64,000 nt of DNA from Hemiscyllium ocellatum (taxonomy: Eukaryota), in the NCBI RefSeq assembly GCF_020745735.1, contig NC_083409.1, positions 12,585,259-12,649,258 on the forward strand, written 5' to 3'. Made by a program: the position numbers and the translations under genes. Below the pieces are notes generated by a model. That model worked only from the letters and a program-made list of their open reading frames with translations. It did not search any database and was not told the origin of the DNA. Of the stretch, positions 11,575-25,089 are shown one piece after another. Position 1 is the first letter of the stretch, and the number at the start of each line of letters is the position of its first letter.

Positions 11575-14500
11575 TGATCATGGCTGATCATCAAACTTAC
11601 TAGGCTGTTTCCGGTTTCTCCCCCTCCATTTCCTTTCATCCCTTAAGGCCCAAGTGCTGCATCCAATTCCTTCTTGAAATCAAACAATCGTGACTGCTTT
11701 CTGGGGGGAGTGAATTCCACAGGCACACCATTCTCTGGCTGAAGAAATTCCTCATCTCAGTCCTAAAGGGGTTACCTTGAATCCTTACACTGTGACCCTG
11801 GGTTCTGGATTCCCCGGTCATTAGGAACATCCCTTCCGAGTCGACCTGGCTTCATGTCTAGCCCTATCAGAACTTAATAGGGTTTTTTAATTAAATATTC
11901 TGAACTCCAGTGAATATAATCCTCATCAATTCAACCTCTCTTCTTATGTCAATCCTGTCACCCAGGTATCAGTCTGGTGAGCTTTCACTGCAGTTCCTCT
12001 GCAGCCAGAGCATCCATCCTCAGACAACAAGACGCCCTTACTCATGTACTTGAATCTTCTCACTATGAAGGCCAACATACCATTTACCTTCTTCACCACC
12101 TGTTACACCTGCATGTTTACTTTCACTGACTGGTGTACAAGGACATCCAGGTCTCAGTGCACTTTCTACTATCTAAATTGAAAGCTTTCCTGTTTTGGCT
12201 AAAAATAAAAATGGATAACCTCACACTTATCAACATTACACTGCACCAGACATGCATTTGGCCACTCAGCCTGCTCAAATCACACTGAGGCATCTCTGCA
12301 TCCACCTCACAGCTCATCCTCCCACCCAGCTTTGTGTCATGTGCAAACTTAGATATTACATTTAGTTCCCTTGCTAAATCATTCATTGTGAATAGCTGGT
12401 TCCTAACACTGACCCCTGTAGTACTCTATTGGTCACTGCCTGCCATTCAGAAAACGAGCTGTCTATTCCTTCTGTCTGCCAACCGGATGTCAATACACTG
12501 TCCTCAAATCGTATGGCTTTAATTTTACACACTAATCTCTTATCCAGGACTTATCAAAAATCTAAATGAACCACATTCCATGGCAGTCGCTCTCCAACTC
12601 CATGAGTTGTATCCTCGAAGAATTCCAATAGATTTGTGAAGCATGATTTCCCTTTTGCCAATTCATGCTGACTCTGTCTAATGGATTGTATTTTGTCCAT
12701 GACCGATGTCAGACTAACTGGTCTATATTTCCCATTTTTCTGTCTCTCTCTTTTTAAATAGTGGGGTTACATTAGCTATCCTCCAATCCATAGGAATTCC
12801 AGAGTCTGTAAAGTGTTCAAAGATGACCAATGTATCCACTATTTATAGGATCACTTCTTTAAGTACTCTGGAATGTAGGTCATTAGGCCCTGAGGATTTA
12901 TTGGGCATTTATCCCATTTATTTTTCCAACACCACTTCCCATTAACAGTTTATAAATGCACATGTACAAAGGAGATCCTATGTAGGGGTGCGCTAATATT
13001 AAAGATCCAAACATTTGCTCACACAAGTAGCTATTTTATATTATACTGTGTTGTCTTCTGACCTACGTACAAAGAAACGCGAGAACGGAACCCATTGGTA
13101 ACCTGGGGATTCCGGGAATAGATTTCCTTTCGTCCCTCAGTCACACTAAACCTCCGGTTCCTTGATATTTATGATATGCCCGCTTTTGAGAGAGCAACCA
13201 AACAATGTACTTAGTTGGTCAGCCAATTCCTTGTCCCCCATTACAAATTCCTCTGCTCTTGACTGAAAGGAACCTAACTTGTCTTCATAATCCATAGAAA
13301 TTTTGACTTCAGTTTTTATTCCCCACAAGTTTACCCTTGTACACCATTTTCCCCCTCATTATCAATCCCTTTCTGCACCACCATGCCAGAGGTCTGTTGC
13401 TTATTTCTGGCCATTTGCATACCTCTACTCTCCCTTGTAACTAGGGATTTGGTCATTTTTCCCTTTTTACTTTTGCATCTAACAGGATGTCAGGCTAATA
13501 GGCTAATAGTTGTTATGCCTTTCCACTGTCAATCCTTTCAGTAAAAGTTCCGCATCTATCACAGTCTCATATCATTACTTCCTCCATTTAGATTGTGGGC
13601 CCTAATCTCAGGATCAATTACATCACTCTCCACCTTTGTGAGGAATGCTATCATATTATGGTCACTCATCACCAATAGGCCTTGCATAACTAGACTGCCA
13701 ATTATTTCTTTCTCATTAGCAACACCCAGTCGAAAATGGTCTGTAGTCTACTCAGTTCCTCAATGCATTGGTCCAAAAAATATACATATTCCAGGAAATC
13801 ATCCCATACATTATTACTACTAATTTGTTTTGCTCAATCTAAATGCAGATTAAATCATCCATAATTAGAGTTGTTGCTTTACTGCATGTGTTTCTAATCT
13901 CCTGAGTATGTCATTCCTTACGTCACTACTACAGTTTGGGTGTCTATATACAGGCCCCACTCATGCTTGTTTTTTTTACCCTTTGGTGTCTCTCAGCTCT
14001 GCCCATACAAATTCCACATCGTCAGAACTAATTCTCTTTAACCAGCAGTACAATTCCAATGCCTTTTCCTTTTTCACTGTCTTTCCTGAATATTGAATAC
14101 CCCGGTCACCCTGCAGCCATGTGTCCATAATTCTGATTATATCACATGTATTTACATCATGTGCACGATTAATTTGCTTTATTATGAATGCTCCACACAT
14201 TAAGCCACAAAGCCTTAAGGCTGGTCTTTTTAACATTAATGGGAACAGGACAAGTAATTTTGACTGTCGCCCTATTTGATCCTGGGTTGAGATTCCTCTG
14301 CCTTTTACTTTTCTTACTCACCCCACCCCCTCTATTTTTTATTCTAGTCCTTGACTGTCCTCCCTCTGACACTTTGCATAGGTTCCCATCCCCTGCCATT
14401 TTAGTTTCAGGCCTCCTCAACCGACCAAACACTTACCCTAGGACATCAGTCCTAGTTCTGCCCGGATGTACCTTGTCCAATTTGTTCTGGTTGTACCGCC

Positions 14501-14900
14501 GCCAGAACCAGTCCCACTGTCCCCAGGAATCTGAAGCATCCCCCCATCCCCTTCCATTACCAGCCACATCTTCAATAGGATATATTCTGCTATTTCTACT
14601 CCGACACTGGCACTGGCATAATCCTGAAATCACGACCTTTGAGTCCCAATTTTAAACTTACTTCTGCATCCCTATATTCTGCATTTAAGACCTCGTCCTT
14701 TTTTTTTAACCCAAGTGTACCATGACCACTGGCTGTTCATCCGCCCCCACTATGTAGCCACTCTGAGACAGTGATACCCATAACACCAGGGAGGCAACAT
14801 ATTATTCTGGAATCTCATTTGTGGCAATATAAATGCCTGCCTAATACCCTTCCAATTGAAACCTTTGTAGCTATTGCATTCCCCCACTTTTTACACCTCC
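11575..14900 (-). mobile_element. Older degenerate CR1 LINE (3' end, RT, endonuclease and ORF1 remnants), with internal interruptions
   Basis: ORFs 11636-11830, 12123-12386 (ISKFAHDTKLGG), 13976-14236 (CDIIRIMDTWLQGD...VEFVWAELR) and 14433-14633 (FW...D...H.GRT.T.VL). Confidence 0.75.
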
Positions 14901-15759
14901 CTTACAGAGCAGAAACATCAAACTTAGCCATTGCTGCTCTCCCAAGTACAGTTCTTCTGCAGCCCCCCCTTTATACACAGCACTGTTACTCCATCAAAGA
15001 ACTCTAATACATTGGTTAAACATCATTTTTCTTTGGCAAAAGCTTGCTGACTCTTCCCAATTACCTTGAGGTTTTCTAACGGCAGGACTATAATCTCTAC
15101 TGATCAATTTTAACACCTTGCCCATGTCAAAATGTCAAGCTAACTGAGCTTTAGCTTGGTGTTTTCTGCCTCCTTGTCTTGAATGTAGCAGGTTCCTACT
15201 TTCCAACCTGATGGTAGCTTTCTTGAATCTTGGAAATTTTGGAAGAAAATACCAACTCATCGACTACCTCATCATCGCAACCTCTTTAATGATTCCCGGA
15301 TGAAGCCCATCTGGACCCAGAAACTTGTCAGCTCTAGCTTCCTAAGTGGCACATTGTGACTGTAATTTTGATATTTTCCTATCTCTCTTCCACCTCCAGA
15401 CTTACAGCTATTACTGGAATGTGTTTTGCATCCTCCATGGTGAGGACAGAGTAAAATATTTGTTCATTTCATCAGCCATTTTCTAATCATCTACTATTAA
15501 CTCCCCATCCCCATTAAAGGACCAACACTTATTTCACTTCCTTTTTCTTTCCAGACACCTGTATTGCTACACTTGCTATTTTTACATTTCTCACTAGCTA
15601 CCTGTCAAATACTAACATCTTTGTAATAGACTTTTAGTCATTCTCTGCCTTTTTAAAAATATTCTGACTAATCACCCTTGCACAATTATGGTTTTTCCCT
15701 CAGCTTTGACACTTTTCCGAGCTTCATTAGCTATGGGTGGTGTGTCCTTCTTAGAATCG

Positions 15760-16035
15760 CTGCAGTGCGGAAACAGAACGTTCGGCCCAACAAACCCACA
15801 CTGACCCTCCAAAGACTAACCCACCCAGACCCATTTCCCCAATCCCATTAGCCTATATTTAAGCCCTGACTAATGCACCTAACCTCCACAGGCAATTTAC
15901 CATGGCCAATTCACCTAACTGCACATCTTTGGATGATGGGAGGAAACCCACGCAGACACAGGGAGAATGTGCAAACTCCACACAGACAGTTGCCCAGGAT
16001 TGGGGGGCGTGAGGCTACAGTGCTAACCACAGCGC
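15760..16035 (-). mobile_element. HE1-type tRNA-derived SINE
   Basis: Minus strand ...tggttagcactgtagcctcac...ctgtctgtgtggagtttgcacattctccc... with CR1-like tail ggtctgggtggg...ggagggtcagtgtgg; homologous to copies at 23410-23729, 50521-50640 and 60180-60445. Confidence 0.85.
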
Positions 16036-17200
16036 CATTCCTTTTAGAATATCGCCTTAAATGTCTGCCAGACCCTCTCTATTTAACCAGAATTAGATAA
16101 TTAGCGTATTCAGGGATTTAATCAAATTGGCCTGTCGCTGAGCCTAGTCAGCCAGTGTAATACAGTCTGAAACATTAATCATAGACCCAGGCATCTCCCT
16201 TTCAAAATGGATATAAGATATTTAAATCACATTGTGGTCAATGCTATACACCTGTACTCTGAGATCTTGAGTTAACCCTGGTACTTTGAATCTTTTATCT
16301 TTGCATCACAGGATCAGCGAGCAGTCTTGGAAGAGGCACGCATGTGGCTCAGCCAGATTCGGTGATGAATGGCTAAATGACACATGGTTTCTCTGCTATG
16401 TAGGCCCGAGTCCATTTCTGTGGATTTAAGGGAGCAGAAGTGGAGGCCATACTCGGGGGAAATGGTCAAGGTGGGACAAGAGGAATGACATTTAAAAGTT
16501 TGGGGGCAACAAAGATGGATACAAAACTGCGATGCGCAAATTGATGGCTGCGAAACAGCATGGTGAACAGCCGATGGCTCAAGCTCAGAATCTGATAACA
16601 CCACTGAGTGACTTTACACACAAGAGAGTTTTACACACGAACTAAGACAGATAGAAGGGAGAAGAGCAATACAAAGTATGTATATAGATTCACTTGCAAT
16701 GGGAATAAAGAAGCCAAGTGAGAAGATACAACTGTACCTCGATAGACATCTGAAGGACAACGAACACAGAGGAGAGGGGTACGGTCTGAAAAGTTGAGGT
16801 ACAGTTTGAAATCACCTGGGATAAAGGAATCAGTCAGCACAGTAGTCGAGAGGGGGGAGCCAGGAAGGTCTCTCTCTTTCAGAGAGCAAGCAGTTTTACC
16901 CCACTGCAGTATTCTTAATTAGTAACCAGCCCAGGGCAAAGCTTTTACCCTGGTTATCACAGACTGCCATGTGTGGGATCTTACCCTGTGAAAATGAGAG
17001 ATGTTTACCTACAAAAGAGTGACAAAACTTCAAAAATATTTCATTGGTCGTTAAACCCCTTTGAGTCTTCCTGGACTAACATTTATAGTGTACATTTCTT
17101 CCAATCTTTCTTTGTTCATAGATTTCTAACAGGGAATATCCAGTTAGTCATTCAATGTCATTACTGCTAATGCCACGCCTAGTCTTATTGATTTAACACA

Positions 17201-17411
17201 GTTAAAAATCACAACACCAGGTTATAGTCCAACAGGTTTAATTGGAAGCACACGAGCTTTCAGAGCGACGCTCCTTCATCCGATGATAGCTGATGAAGGA
17301 GCGTCGCTCCGAAAGCTAGTGTGCTTCCAATTAAACCTGTTGGACTATAACCTGGTGTTGTGAGATTTTTAACTTTGTACACCCCAGTCCAACACCGGCA
17401 TCTCCAAATCA
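17201..17411. mobile_element. Palindromic (fold-back) Penelope terminal-repeat insertion
   Basis: 17201-17373 is a near-perfect inverted repeat of ~80-bp arms around an ~11-nt centre, with hammerhead-like ctgatgaaggagc-gtc-gctccgaaagcta. Flanking direct repeat TGATTTAACAC (17189-17199 / 17412-17422). Confidence 0.8.
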
Positions 17412-17481
17412 TGATTTAACACTGTGTGATTAGCATCCTTCTTACATCATTAAAGGAAAAACACTCCAGATTAAACACACA

Positions 17482-17679
17482 NNNNNNNNNNNNNNNNNNN
17501 NNNNNNNNNNNNNNNNNNNNNNNNNNNNNNNNNNNNNNNNNNNNNNNNNNNNNNNNNNNNNNNNNNNNNNNNNNNNNNNNNNNNNNNNNNNNNNNNNNNN
17601 NNNNNNNNNNNNNNNNNNNNNNNNNNNNNNNNNNNNNNNNNNNNNNNNNNNNNNNNNNNNNNNNNNNNNNNNNNNNNNN
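17482..17679. other. Assembly gap (198 N)
   Basis: Run of N. Confidence 1.
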
Positions 17680-17954
17680 AGGGGGAAGGAGGAGAAGGAA
17701 GAAGAGGAGGATGAGATCAGACAGAAAGGGAGAAAGCCTGACAATGTCTGACACACAGCCTCAACCCTCAGTTGGATCTCCTTGTTTATATGATTCCCAC
17801 TCTGCTCATCTTTCCTCCAGACACACGACCTACCCTATCCTGATCAAATACCTTGCCTCGACCCAGTTTTTTTTTTCAGATCAATGCTGTCATTATTTCA
17901 AACTAACAGACTTACACCCTCTGCCCACGTTGATCCTTCCTGTCTGAAAACAGA

Positions 17955-18480
17955 ACAAAAAGAACTGCTGATATTGGAAAATCTAAAACAAAAACTAAAT
18001 TGCTGTCAAAACTCAGCAGGTCTAGCAGCATCCGTACAGAGAAAGCAGAGTTAACATTTCAAGTCCAGCGACTCACCATCAGAGCTCATCTCAGAGTCCT
18101 CTCTGCTTTTCCTCGTCAAACTCCTCGATGAACAAGATTTCCTACTCAAATTCTTTTGAATTGCCTGTCACTGATAACACAGACTGATTGCAAAGGCAAC
18201 ACATCCCCCATCTGATGCATCAGCTTCATCTCTACAGGGCAGACCTCACGTGATGCCATCCCAATGCAATATATTCTCTTGCTGTATGTGGTAAGATTGG
18301 GAAAGTTGCTATACAAATGTAACTTCGAAACACATCTTCGAATGCTATTTGACGAATACAGGGAGCATCAGTCTGGAGTGAAGAATTCCCGCACAGTCTT
18401 ATCCTGCCTGCGTTCATGTGCATGTGAGTTAGGAGCAGAACAAGGCCACTTGCCCCTCAAGCACGCTCCACGATTCAGGA
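17955..18480. mobile_element. Degenerate Penelope-like fragment (terminal repeat + probable GIY-YIG remnant)
   Basis: aaactcagcaggtctagcagcatc...gagaaagcagagttaacatttcaagtc resembles PLE terminal repeats (compare 27270-27440); the downstream sequence has a weak GIY-YIG-like signature. Confidence 0.5.
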
Positions 18481-21400
18481 AGATTCAGAGATCATTGCGT
18501 TACTACTAGTGTTTATCTTTTTTCCAGGTTTCCTGCGTGGATGCAGTTTCCTTGATCTTTAAACTCAAATGGCAATCAGACTTTCCCAGGCGGGAGAACG
18601 GGTATGGAGGGTGGTTTGCAATAATTGTCAGATTGACCCTTATTTTCAAAAGTTGACTAATTGTTCAGTGATAGTGGCATCAGGGGGGAAATAAGCGCAA
18701 TCGCTGATGTTCCCCTCCCATCAGACTGCCACCTAACCGCGGTAGTGTGGGAGGGAAAAGGGGGGAAAAAGGGAAATAAAACAAAAAAAAATTGTGGCCT
18801 CAGGCCTCCCTCCCTCAGGCACCGTGCCTCTGGCCACCTCCCCAAGTCTTTGGGGACCTCCAACCTCATTCTCTGCCCGGAGCCTCTACCCCTCTGACAA
18901 TGTCCAACATAGAGCTGGCCCACAATCCCCAGCACAAATGTTCCAGATACAACTCGCCCTCCACTACCTTGTCCAAGTTGGCAAGAACGTGAGAGCCAGA
19001 GTGCTAGGCCTTGCCTTGCTTTCACTGGTCCAGCATCCACGGTCACACACCCACTGCAAACCCTCCCAAAGCAGGCTTTGGACAAACCTCCTTGGGTTGA
19101 CAAACGTTCGGCAATTTTTCTGCTCTTTACCCCCAAGGGCACTGAAGCATACTACAGTTCAGTCAACACACAACAGTCTGCATGACTCAGCAATTCTTCA
19201 CAGGAGTCACTTACCAAAGTTTATTTCATTAAACCATTTTATCATTTCCTGCAGTTATGATCTTTAAGGTAATCGTTGCACTTCACTGCATACTCCATCT
19301 CAGTTGTACATAGGAACGGGTGCACACGCAAAAGGACATCATGTCTGGGCTAGCAAGCTGCATCTGTCCTATGTCTTATCACAAAATCATTACACAACCG
19401 CTTCAATCTAGAAGGGCAAGGGGAGAGTAGATACATGGGTACATCACATCACCTCTCCAAACCACTCAATATCCTAACGTGGAAATATATCACTGTTCTT
19501 TCATTGTCATTGGGTCAAAATCCTGGAATTCCCACTCTAATGGCAAGCAAGAACATATGCACTGCAATGGTTCAAGGTGGCAGCTCACCACCACCTTCTC
19601 CAGGGCAACTTGGAACAGGCATAAGAGATGCCCATGTGCCATGAATGAAATTTTTTTATTTAAAAAAAAAGCATCCTTTCACAAGCTCAATGTCCCAAAC
19701 TGCTTTATAGTCAATAAAGTACATTACAACAATGACTGCACTTCAGAAGAAAGAAATGTGGCAGCCAAATTGCACATAGCAAGGTGCCATAAACTACAAT
19801 GTCTGAACAACCAAGTGGTTGACTTCAACAGCATTATCTACAGGATAAATATTGGCCAGGACTCTTTAGGAGAACATTCCAGCTCCTCTTTAAATAGTGC
19901 AGTGACACTTCTTACACCCGGGAGGGAGGAGTTAAGACTGCTCCTTTGTCTCACAGCTCACCTCTACATGTGCCAGTCTGGATTATCTGCTCAGGTTTCT
20001 GAAATGCACCCTTCAGCTTCTGTCTCAAAGTCAAGAGGGTTAGAAGGCTCACTGGAGATCACTGCACAAACAACCGCAATCAATGGTCTTAACAAGCAGA
20101 GGTCCATTAGAGTGAGGTTTCTTTTAAGGTTATATAACATCCTTGAACTAGGCCAGCATCCTCTCAGTTACTCTTCACAGCAGTGACGCGACCTCGATCA
20201 ATGTAGCGAACATGTGGCTGTGGTGCACCATTGCCCCTCTTTCTCTTGGTTGTTATCAAGGCAGTTAGCTACATTACACTTCTCTCTGCTTTTCAGTTAG
20301 TGTCCGCCCTCTCTGAGGACCTCTTACCAAGTTTTTAGCATCTTCAGCAATAGCTCATCCCTCCCTCCAAAGTCCATCCTTGGACGCACTTCTATTTCTC
20401 AATTATATCAGAATTCTTGGTAAATGCCACACTGACTGAGAAGAAATACCTGGCAATCATTTAAACTTGCACAAGTTCCAGAAGTCAGGGTGCTGGATGA
20501 TTACAGTATGTGAAATATTACAACTCTAACAATTGCAAACTGGTAGAATGAGATGTTGCTATCATGTTATGGAATGGCTCTGAACCCATCCAGAAGAAAC
20601 AGAAGTACACCATTCAGCCCCTTGAGCCTTTCCTGCCTTTCAATACGAGCAAAGATGATCTTTTTTGCAACTACACTTCCCTGTCCTGTCACTCGATCCC
20701 CACAGATGTCAGAAATCCATTGATCACACTTTAATATACCGAATGACCAAAGGAGAACTCCAAAGATTCAAAACCTCAAACAAAGGCATTTTTCCATTTT
20801 GTCCTGATCCTGAAATTATGAATCTTAATTCTGAATACTGCAGCTGAAGGAAGCAACATCCCACCGTGTTAAACCCTCTTAAGGGTTTCAATTACATCAA
20901 ATCTCATTCTTGTGGAAACTTGAGAGTACAGGCTCATTCCATTCACTCAATCTGTCCTTACAAACCAATCCTCTAATCCCAGGAATAGAAACCAAACTAT
21001 ACATTGTAATGCATGTGTGATCCCACCAAAGCCCTAGACAATTGCAGCTGGATTCTTAGACTGTATTACTTCAACACCCTGATCAACAATCCATTTGTCT
21101 TCCTAATTCTCTCCTGTACCTTCGAGGTAAGTATTTTGCGTTGTGCACGCAAAGGTACCAAAACCTGTTCGAAGGCTATGCCGATCAAAAGAGAAAAACC
21201 TCAGTTTTCCACATTATGCTGTCATCTTCACGGTGATTCACAATACCTATATAGTCACATTTGCAAACAGTGTCCTTCCGCATCTAACAGCTTACTTTCC
21301 TACCTAACTGTGTAGGCACAGCGATGAAAGTGAAGTCAGACTATTATTTGAAACCTGCTTTCCAAAAGGTGAATTCCAGTTCCCTCATCCCCTCCATCAC

Positions 21401-23409
21401 TAAACAGCTTATCATGTATTACCCCCATCCTCTTAGCTGCTTCTGTGACAGAAACCCACATGAGCTCTTGATTCTTGACCTTAAATAGCTGGTGTCCCAC
21501 GCTCTACTGGCTAAGCGCTTTCGGTTCTCTGTGTCATTGTTGCCTTAGTGTTCACCATCACCTCTGTCTTTGTTGACGTTAATGAGCTCTCAGCTAAGCA
21601 TGACCTCACTCCTGGCCGCACTCTTCCCATTTCCGATCTGGCCCAGACCCAGAGTCCTCTGGGTAAGCTTGTTCCTTGAACCTGACACCTTGAACACCTC
21701 CAGTTTAAACTGATTCGTACCTGCTGGCGATGCCCTCAGCTGCTTGCGTTCTAAATCCTGGGACATCCTCACTAAACCTCTTCACCTCTTCTCCCTGCAA
21801 GACTCTTGGTAACATTTACATCATCGGCCCTAATATCTCACCACACTGCTCAGTGTCGAACTTCGCTGGAATGTTTTCTTTAGTATCTGAAGGCACTATA
21901 TCAATGCAACGTCTTGTTGCTGTAAGCTTCAGTGGCTACATTCAAACCTCCATATTGTCTTCAGCTCCTTTGAGATCTCTCCTGCTGGCATATTCCTCTG
22001 CACCTGGTCATTACCTCTGCCCTCATTGAGCTGCACGGAGGCCCAAGCCCTCTTTTTAAACATTATTGTTTGTACATGAGTGTTAATCCTTCCCTGGCAT
22101 CAGCCATTGTTCTCTAACTTTCCCAAGATGTCCCCTACTCTTCCAACTCCAGCACCTGGTAGCTAGACCATTACTCACCCAGAGCACTCAAATTTCCTCC
22201 CCAAACACCTCTGCTCTTCACTTGTCTCACCACTCCCTCAGAACATAAGTCGTTCATTTGGACGTTTGCCTCTCCATGCCCTTTAACATGGAGGTATCCA
22301 TTTCTCATGTCTGATGGGTCCATTCTGACTGTTGACTGCAAAATCCAACAGTCCCTCAGCCAAACGAGGAAACCTCTGAACTTGGTGTTTACACCACACT
22401 GGTCATTTCAAATGTGTCAAACACAAGTCAGTTACAGATGGCGCCTGATATTCTACAAGAACCCTATAGCACGATGTTTCACAGTGGAATTACCTTTTAC
22501 TCAAAGGCATTAATTAACATAGAACGATCAGTGAAACCACTTCACTGGAGTCAGCATCGTCAGAACAACAATAACTTGAAATTTATACTGCACCTTTAAA
22601 TATCTTCAGGAGCTCTATTAAACATAACCTGACACCAGGCCATATACTGAAACATTAGCGTAGGTGGTAATTCTACTTGGACAAGGGGATTAGGGTACAT
22701 GGGTTTGACACTCCCAGTGAGAGTCAGCATCTTGAGGGAAAAAGTGGGGTCTGTGGAACTGCATCCACACACCCTGTTAGAGCCCACCACCTTCATGCTA
22801 AGGAGGAAGTGGGAAACTTTAAAAATAAATAACCCCTCAAATGTATTTTATTATTACTCTTTACAACAGAATAAGACACTAGCTGATGGGGCTATTGGGA
22901 ATAAGGGTCAGAGAGTGGGACAGAAATTAAGTCAACAATTTAGTGTGTAAAAGACCAGTATTTTAATTTTCAGATGGGAAAAAAACACTGCTTTAAACCA
23001 AGGAAAGAGATGCTGAAGTTTTGAAACAAGTTACTGAGACTCACTGGTAGTTACACAGTTGCTTTGTGCATGCAGTGGAGGGGTGGGTGGAGGGATGGGT
23101 GGGGGCAAGAAGAGGAAAGGTATGATTGTTGGACTCAGCATCATGAGTGTGCGTTCAGGACAGCTTTGCTCACAGTCCGTTAGATTGAAAGACCTGATCT
23201 AGACAACTGCCTGTGATTTGAAATGCTCTGCTATGATGACTCACTGATTGGTGAGCAGTCCGCGTAAGCAGTGTACGGCAGAAAGTCTCCAAAGCGCTAA
23301 AGAGTTGATCCCTCTCTCTTTGTAGAAAAACAAAGAATTAGAAGATTGCTCACTTTTCTCAATTCCCATTTGCTTAGAAGTTGCCTATCAGTGACTGAGA
23401 TACTACCAC

Positions 23410-23729
23410 CCTGTAATCACAGAATCCCGAGAGTGAAAACAGGCCATTTGACCCAAAGTCCACACCGACCCTCCAAAGAGTATCCCACCCATTCTCCTAC
23501 CCCCCGGTACAGTTCCCCTGACTAATGCACCTAGCCTACGCATCACTGAATATTATGCGTAATTTATCAAGGCCTATTCACCTAACCTGGGACTGTGGGA
23601 GAAACCCAGAGGAAACCAACAAAGGGAGAATGTGTAAACTACACACAGATAGTCACCAGAGGGTGGAATCGAACCTGGGTCCCTGGCGCTGCGAGGCAGC
23701 AGTGCTAACCACTGAGTCACTGTCCGCCC
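23410..23729 (-). mobile_element. HE1-type tRNA-derived SINE, near full length
   Basis: A-box TGACTCAGTGG and B-box GGTTCGATTCC (23665-23675) on the minus strand, HE1 core, and CR1-like 3' tail. Confidence 0.9.
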
Positions 23730-25089
23730 CATATGTTCAATAAAAACTGGAAAGAAGATCGGAGGAGGACCCAGAAGCAGCAAAAGGATACCTTACCTAA
23801 TCTTGCAGACTCGGTGCTATTGAACGGTGTTCCCCTAATATTTTTCTCTATGTTTTTTCTCTTGTTTGTTCATCTGTCTGTATGCGTGTTTAGGGATGTA
23901 ACAGGTAGGGCTTATGTCAGAGAATTGTAAACTGATTTTTTTTGGCTTGTGGTCAGAATTGATTTATTTGTAATCATAGTAGCTTCTTCCAAGTACAGAA
24001 ACCAGTCAGTATTTTCTGTTAACTTCAATTCAGCAAACAGAAACATAGGGGACTTTGAGCAACTAGATTAAATCTTTAACTTTCCTGACAACCTCAGGAG
24101 TAGTGGGTCTTGAGTATTAGCGTAACTTTCCAAGAGGATTATTACATCTACTTGACTAATTCAAGTGACTGATGTGTGTATACTGTTATAATTAAACTTT
24201 GCACTACGCATTGTAGGAGGGAAAAATAAACAGTAACTCTTTCACAAGGATTCGTTGGTAACCTCAGGATTTCATTCCCTCCACTTAATTAAAAGGAAAC
24301 TTTGCAATACTTTAGGGAGATCCCATTTGTGATAGAAACAATGAGAGCTTAAATTTAACAATTCATCTTTTTGGCACATCATTTGCAAAGTTGGCATTTG
24401 CTTTTTAAACCAAACAAATTAATTAAAGGGGCATTCCAGGTCACTCCACCAGGCATGTCAGAGTCAATCACATTTGGAGGCAGATACAGGCCATACTGAA
24501 TAAAGACTTCAAATTTTTTGTTTTAAAAAGGCAATGAATCACCTGAGTTTTCCATAGCAAACCAGCAATTTCAACAGTCACTCTTAGAATGCCACTTTCT
24601 TCATCCTGAACATAAATACTAGAACTGCCAGGGTAGGATTCAAATTCTCAGTTTCTGGATTGCAAGTCCCAATAACATCACCGTCACATGGCGGAAGGAC
24701 ATGGGAAGGAGACAGGGAGCCAGGCAACTTAAGGAGCAAAAACAAAAGCACCTCACCACCGAGGTACCTCTGGAGTGTGACCATTGCAATACAGGAATGC
24801 AGCAATCTACGCACAGGGAGATCTCATAAACGAACATTCATGTTTTTACAACATGACAGTCTTTTTTAAACAGAGATGCAGGCCTAAAGATAAATTTTGA
24901 TCAGGCCACTGGTTTGCTTGTCTTCAAACAAAGGTACACAGAATCTTTCACATTCAATCAGGGAGCAAATACAACCTGATAGTTCAATGGCTCATCTGAA
25001 AGGCAGCACTAGATAATTTCACTTATAATTCCTACATTAACTGGATCTTGCCTTGTATCATTGACTAAATACTATTTGCAATGACCTAC

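Noticed and set aside
16738-16815. 78-nt minus-strand segment with cccag acceptor and gtacag donor
   Set aside because: Weak donor, and neither open frame (VISNCTSTF..., DFKLYLNFS...) resembles RABGAP or Ig C sequence.
17416-17947. ORFs spanning the first N gap
   Set aside because: Open only because N codons translate as X.
18657-19267. Overlapping 157-161 aa ORFs on both strands
   Set aside because: GC-rich, repeat-like sequence with no motif I can assign; probably an unclassified TE fragment.
19479-20186. 235-aa plus-strand ORF
   Set aside because: The first part is a LINE/SINE 3'-tail fragment; no recognisable domain or splice context. Likely a chance ORF.
23665-23729. tRNA-like A/B boxes (also at 50580-50640 and 60185-60240)
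   Set aside because: SINE heads without a full cloverleaf; not tRNA genes.
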